A stretch of 64,000 nucleotides of DNA from Zygnema circumcarinatum SAG 698-1b. Its lineage: Eukaryota > Plantae > Zygnematophyceae. Position numbers and translations under genes: made by a program. The stretch spans positions 4,937,909 through 5,001,908 of the forward strand of contig CM074804.1 in the NCBI GenBank assembly GCA_037447605.1. Direction: 5' to 3'. Shown here one piece after another: positions 62,325 through 64,000 of this stretch; positions within the stretch are counted from its first letter, which is position 1; each line of letters opens with the position of its first letter. The notes below the pieces were generated by a model. The model saw only the letters and a list, made by a program, of their open reading frames with translations. It searched no databases and was not told the DNA's origin.

Positions 62325-63709
62325 GAGCTGCGTTCTGGCTCGCGCAATGCCACGAGGGACATGGGCTTTGTATCATTATGGTTTTTGCTTTGGATTTCTC
62401 GCTCTGTAGGAAAGGACCCTTACGCCTTAAAAATATCCTCAGAGAGGTGTTCCGCCTAAGCGGATTGAGGCGTTCATGACACGCAACGTTATGTTGCCGA
62501 CGATGTAACATACACACATACATACATACATACATGCGTAGCCGTTGCGTGCATTTGGCTCTGCTTTTGTTCAAGGTCCACGTGGCATCGACCACGTTGT
62601 CCGGCCTATGAAAAGTAGGGATGGCCGCGCTTGCGAAACTGAAATTCTAGATTATAAATAATCGATTTTAAATGAGGCGAAAAAGGACCTTTAAACGAAT
62701 GAAGTGAAGGGGACGAGAGAGCTGGCCAGTGGAAGAACCGGAAGAGGACGAGGGGGAGGGAGGGACGGCGACGGAGGAAGAAAGCGCGACGTCATTAGGA
62801 CGTCACCGAAACATGACGGCATACTGACGTCATCACGCTGTTGCGTCATCGTAACTTGACATGGCGTCATCGTATAATTTTAGGAAAATGATACCCCGTC
62901 ACCCCATTTTAAATATCTCGTCCCCCTGATTTGCTTTTTGAGAGACCCAAATAAGGGGTGGAAATGACACTACCCAAAATTAATAATATTACAGCCATCC
63001 CTAATGACCAGTCAGCCCACAGCTGCGCCTCCCTCCCTCTCCCTGCCCTCCCTCCCTCCCTGCCCGGCGGCGGCCCCTCGTCCGGACCCCTCTCCGCGCG
63101 GTCCGCCAAGTGCCCGCGGCCTGCCCGCCCGTTCCCCGTTCCCCGCTCTCCCGTCACGTCGCGTCACTTCACTCATGCGGTCATGCCTCGCGCCGACCTC
63201 CGCCCCGGGAGGGACTCCCGCACCCCGACGCCACGTGGCGCTCGCACTGGTCGCCAGCTGTAGTCCCAACACCGCGGCCCGGCGCTTGCCACGCTCTCCT
63301 GCCGTACCGGACCAGACCGGACCGGACCGCGCGGCCGCGGCGGCGGGGGCGGTCGGTCGGTCATAGGCGCCACTACGGCTTCGGCGCGCGGGGGCGCGCG
63401 CCACGTGGCCGGCGGCAGATTGACATCGATCGTGATTTTGGCCTGCGCGAGTGGGATCGCGCCACGTGGACGCGACAAACGACCCGACCGACACGATCGC
63501 AGAGTCCGTATGGCGGCGCGTTCGGTCCGTTGCGGCGCTCCGGGTGGGTCCTTTGGCCCTTGGGCGGGGGAAAGGGGAAGGGAGGGAGGCCGCGGGGAAG
63601 CAGGGCTACTGCGGAGGAGGAGGAGGCGCAGGGAGGGGTGCATCGCGAGTGCGCGGCGGCAGGCGAGGCGAGGCGAGGGGAGAGGAGAGGAGAGGAGAGG
63701 GTGGAAGCA

Positions 63710-64000
63710 ATGGCCGCCATGGCCCCTGCGCGACAGGCCCTCGCCTGGTGCCTGCTGCTGCTCGCCGCCTCCGCTGTGGGAGTGTCAGCGCGCGGCCACC
63801 ACCGCGCGGCGGCGGCGGCAGTAGTGCTGAGTCCGCGCGCGGCGAGCATCGCGCAGAACTTGAGCGCGTACGACGCGTTCCTCTCGCTGTACCCGGCGGG
63901 CGCGGTGGCCGCGTACCTCGCGGGGCTGCGCAACGCGACCTTCCTCGTCCCCAACAACTTTGCGGTGGGGCTGCTCGCCAACAAGACGGCGGCGGCCGAC
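63710..64000 (+). CDS. Fasciclin (FAS1) domain secreted protein / fasciclin-like AGP, 5' partial
   Basis: MAAMAPARQALAWCLLLLAASAVGVSA signal peptide, then NATFLVPNNFA matching the FAS1 H1 motif T(I/F)(F/L)xPxN. ORF is open to the window end. Confidence 0.7.
   Translation, partial: MAAMAPARQALAWCLLLLAASAVGVSARGHHRAAAAAVVLSPRAASIAQNLSAYDAFLSLYPAGAVAAYLAGLRNATFLVPNNFAVGLLANKTAAAD

Noticed and set aside
9203-64000. Cell-wall gene cluster (RRT-like, RAY1-like, fasciclin)
   Set aside because: The genes are 16-30 kb apart and separated by unrelated plastid genes; these families are common enough for chance co-occurrence.

Overview
Eukaryotic, intron-rich nuclear DNA with GC-rich islands at gene 5' ends. 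The gene content (EDR4/XLG-like, GT106 RRT-like, GT77 RAY1, fasciclin, plus a cyanobacterial-type second ChlH) points to a streptophyte green alga; this is inference, not a database result. Genes in order: EDR4/XLG-like zinc-ribbon gene with a pure (CAG)30 polyQ (+); O-fucosyltransferase/RRT-like GT106 (+); two convergent shikimate kinase paralogues (+/-); a probable EID1-like F-box relic (-); RAY1-like GT77 (-); plastid RsmD methyltransferase (-); LigB/DODA dioxygenase (-); a possible orphan spliced gene (+); LPA1-like DUF3493 (-) head-to-head with a ~40-exon CHLH2-type Mg-chelatase H gene that has a coiled-coil N-terminal extension (+); and the 5' end of a fasciclin gene (+). Non-genic features: a ~1 kb foldback/MULE-like element with an 8-bp TSD, two MITE-like elements that share a core but differ in their termini, a ~570 bp degenerate (TTAGGG)n array, and a 10-N assembly gap. 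Exon boundaries were read by eye and are approximate. No tRNA, rRNA or CRISPR array was found.
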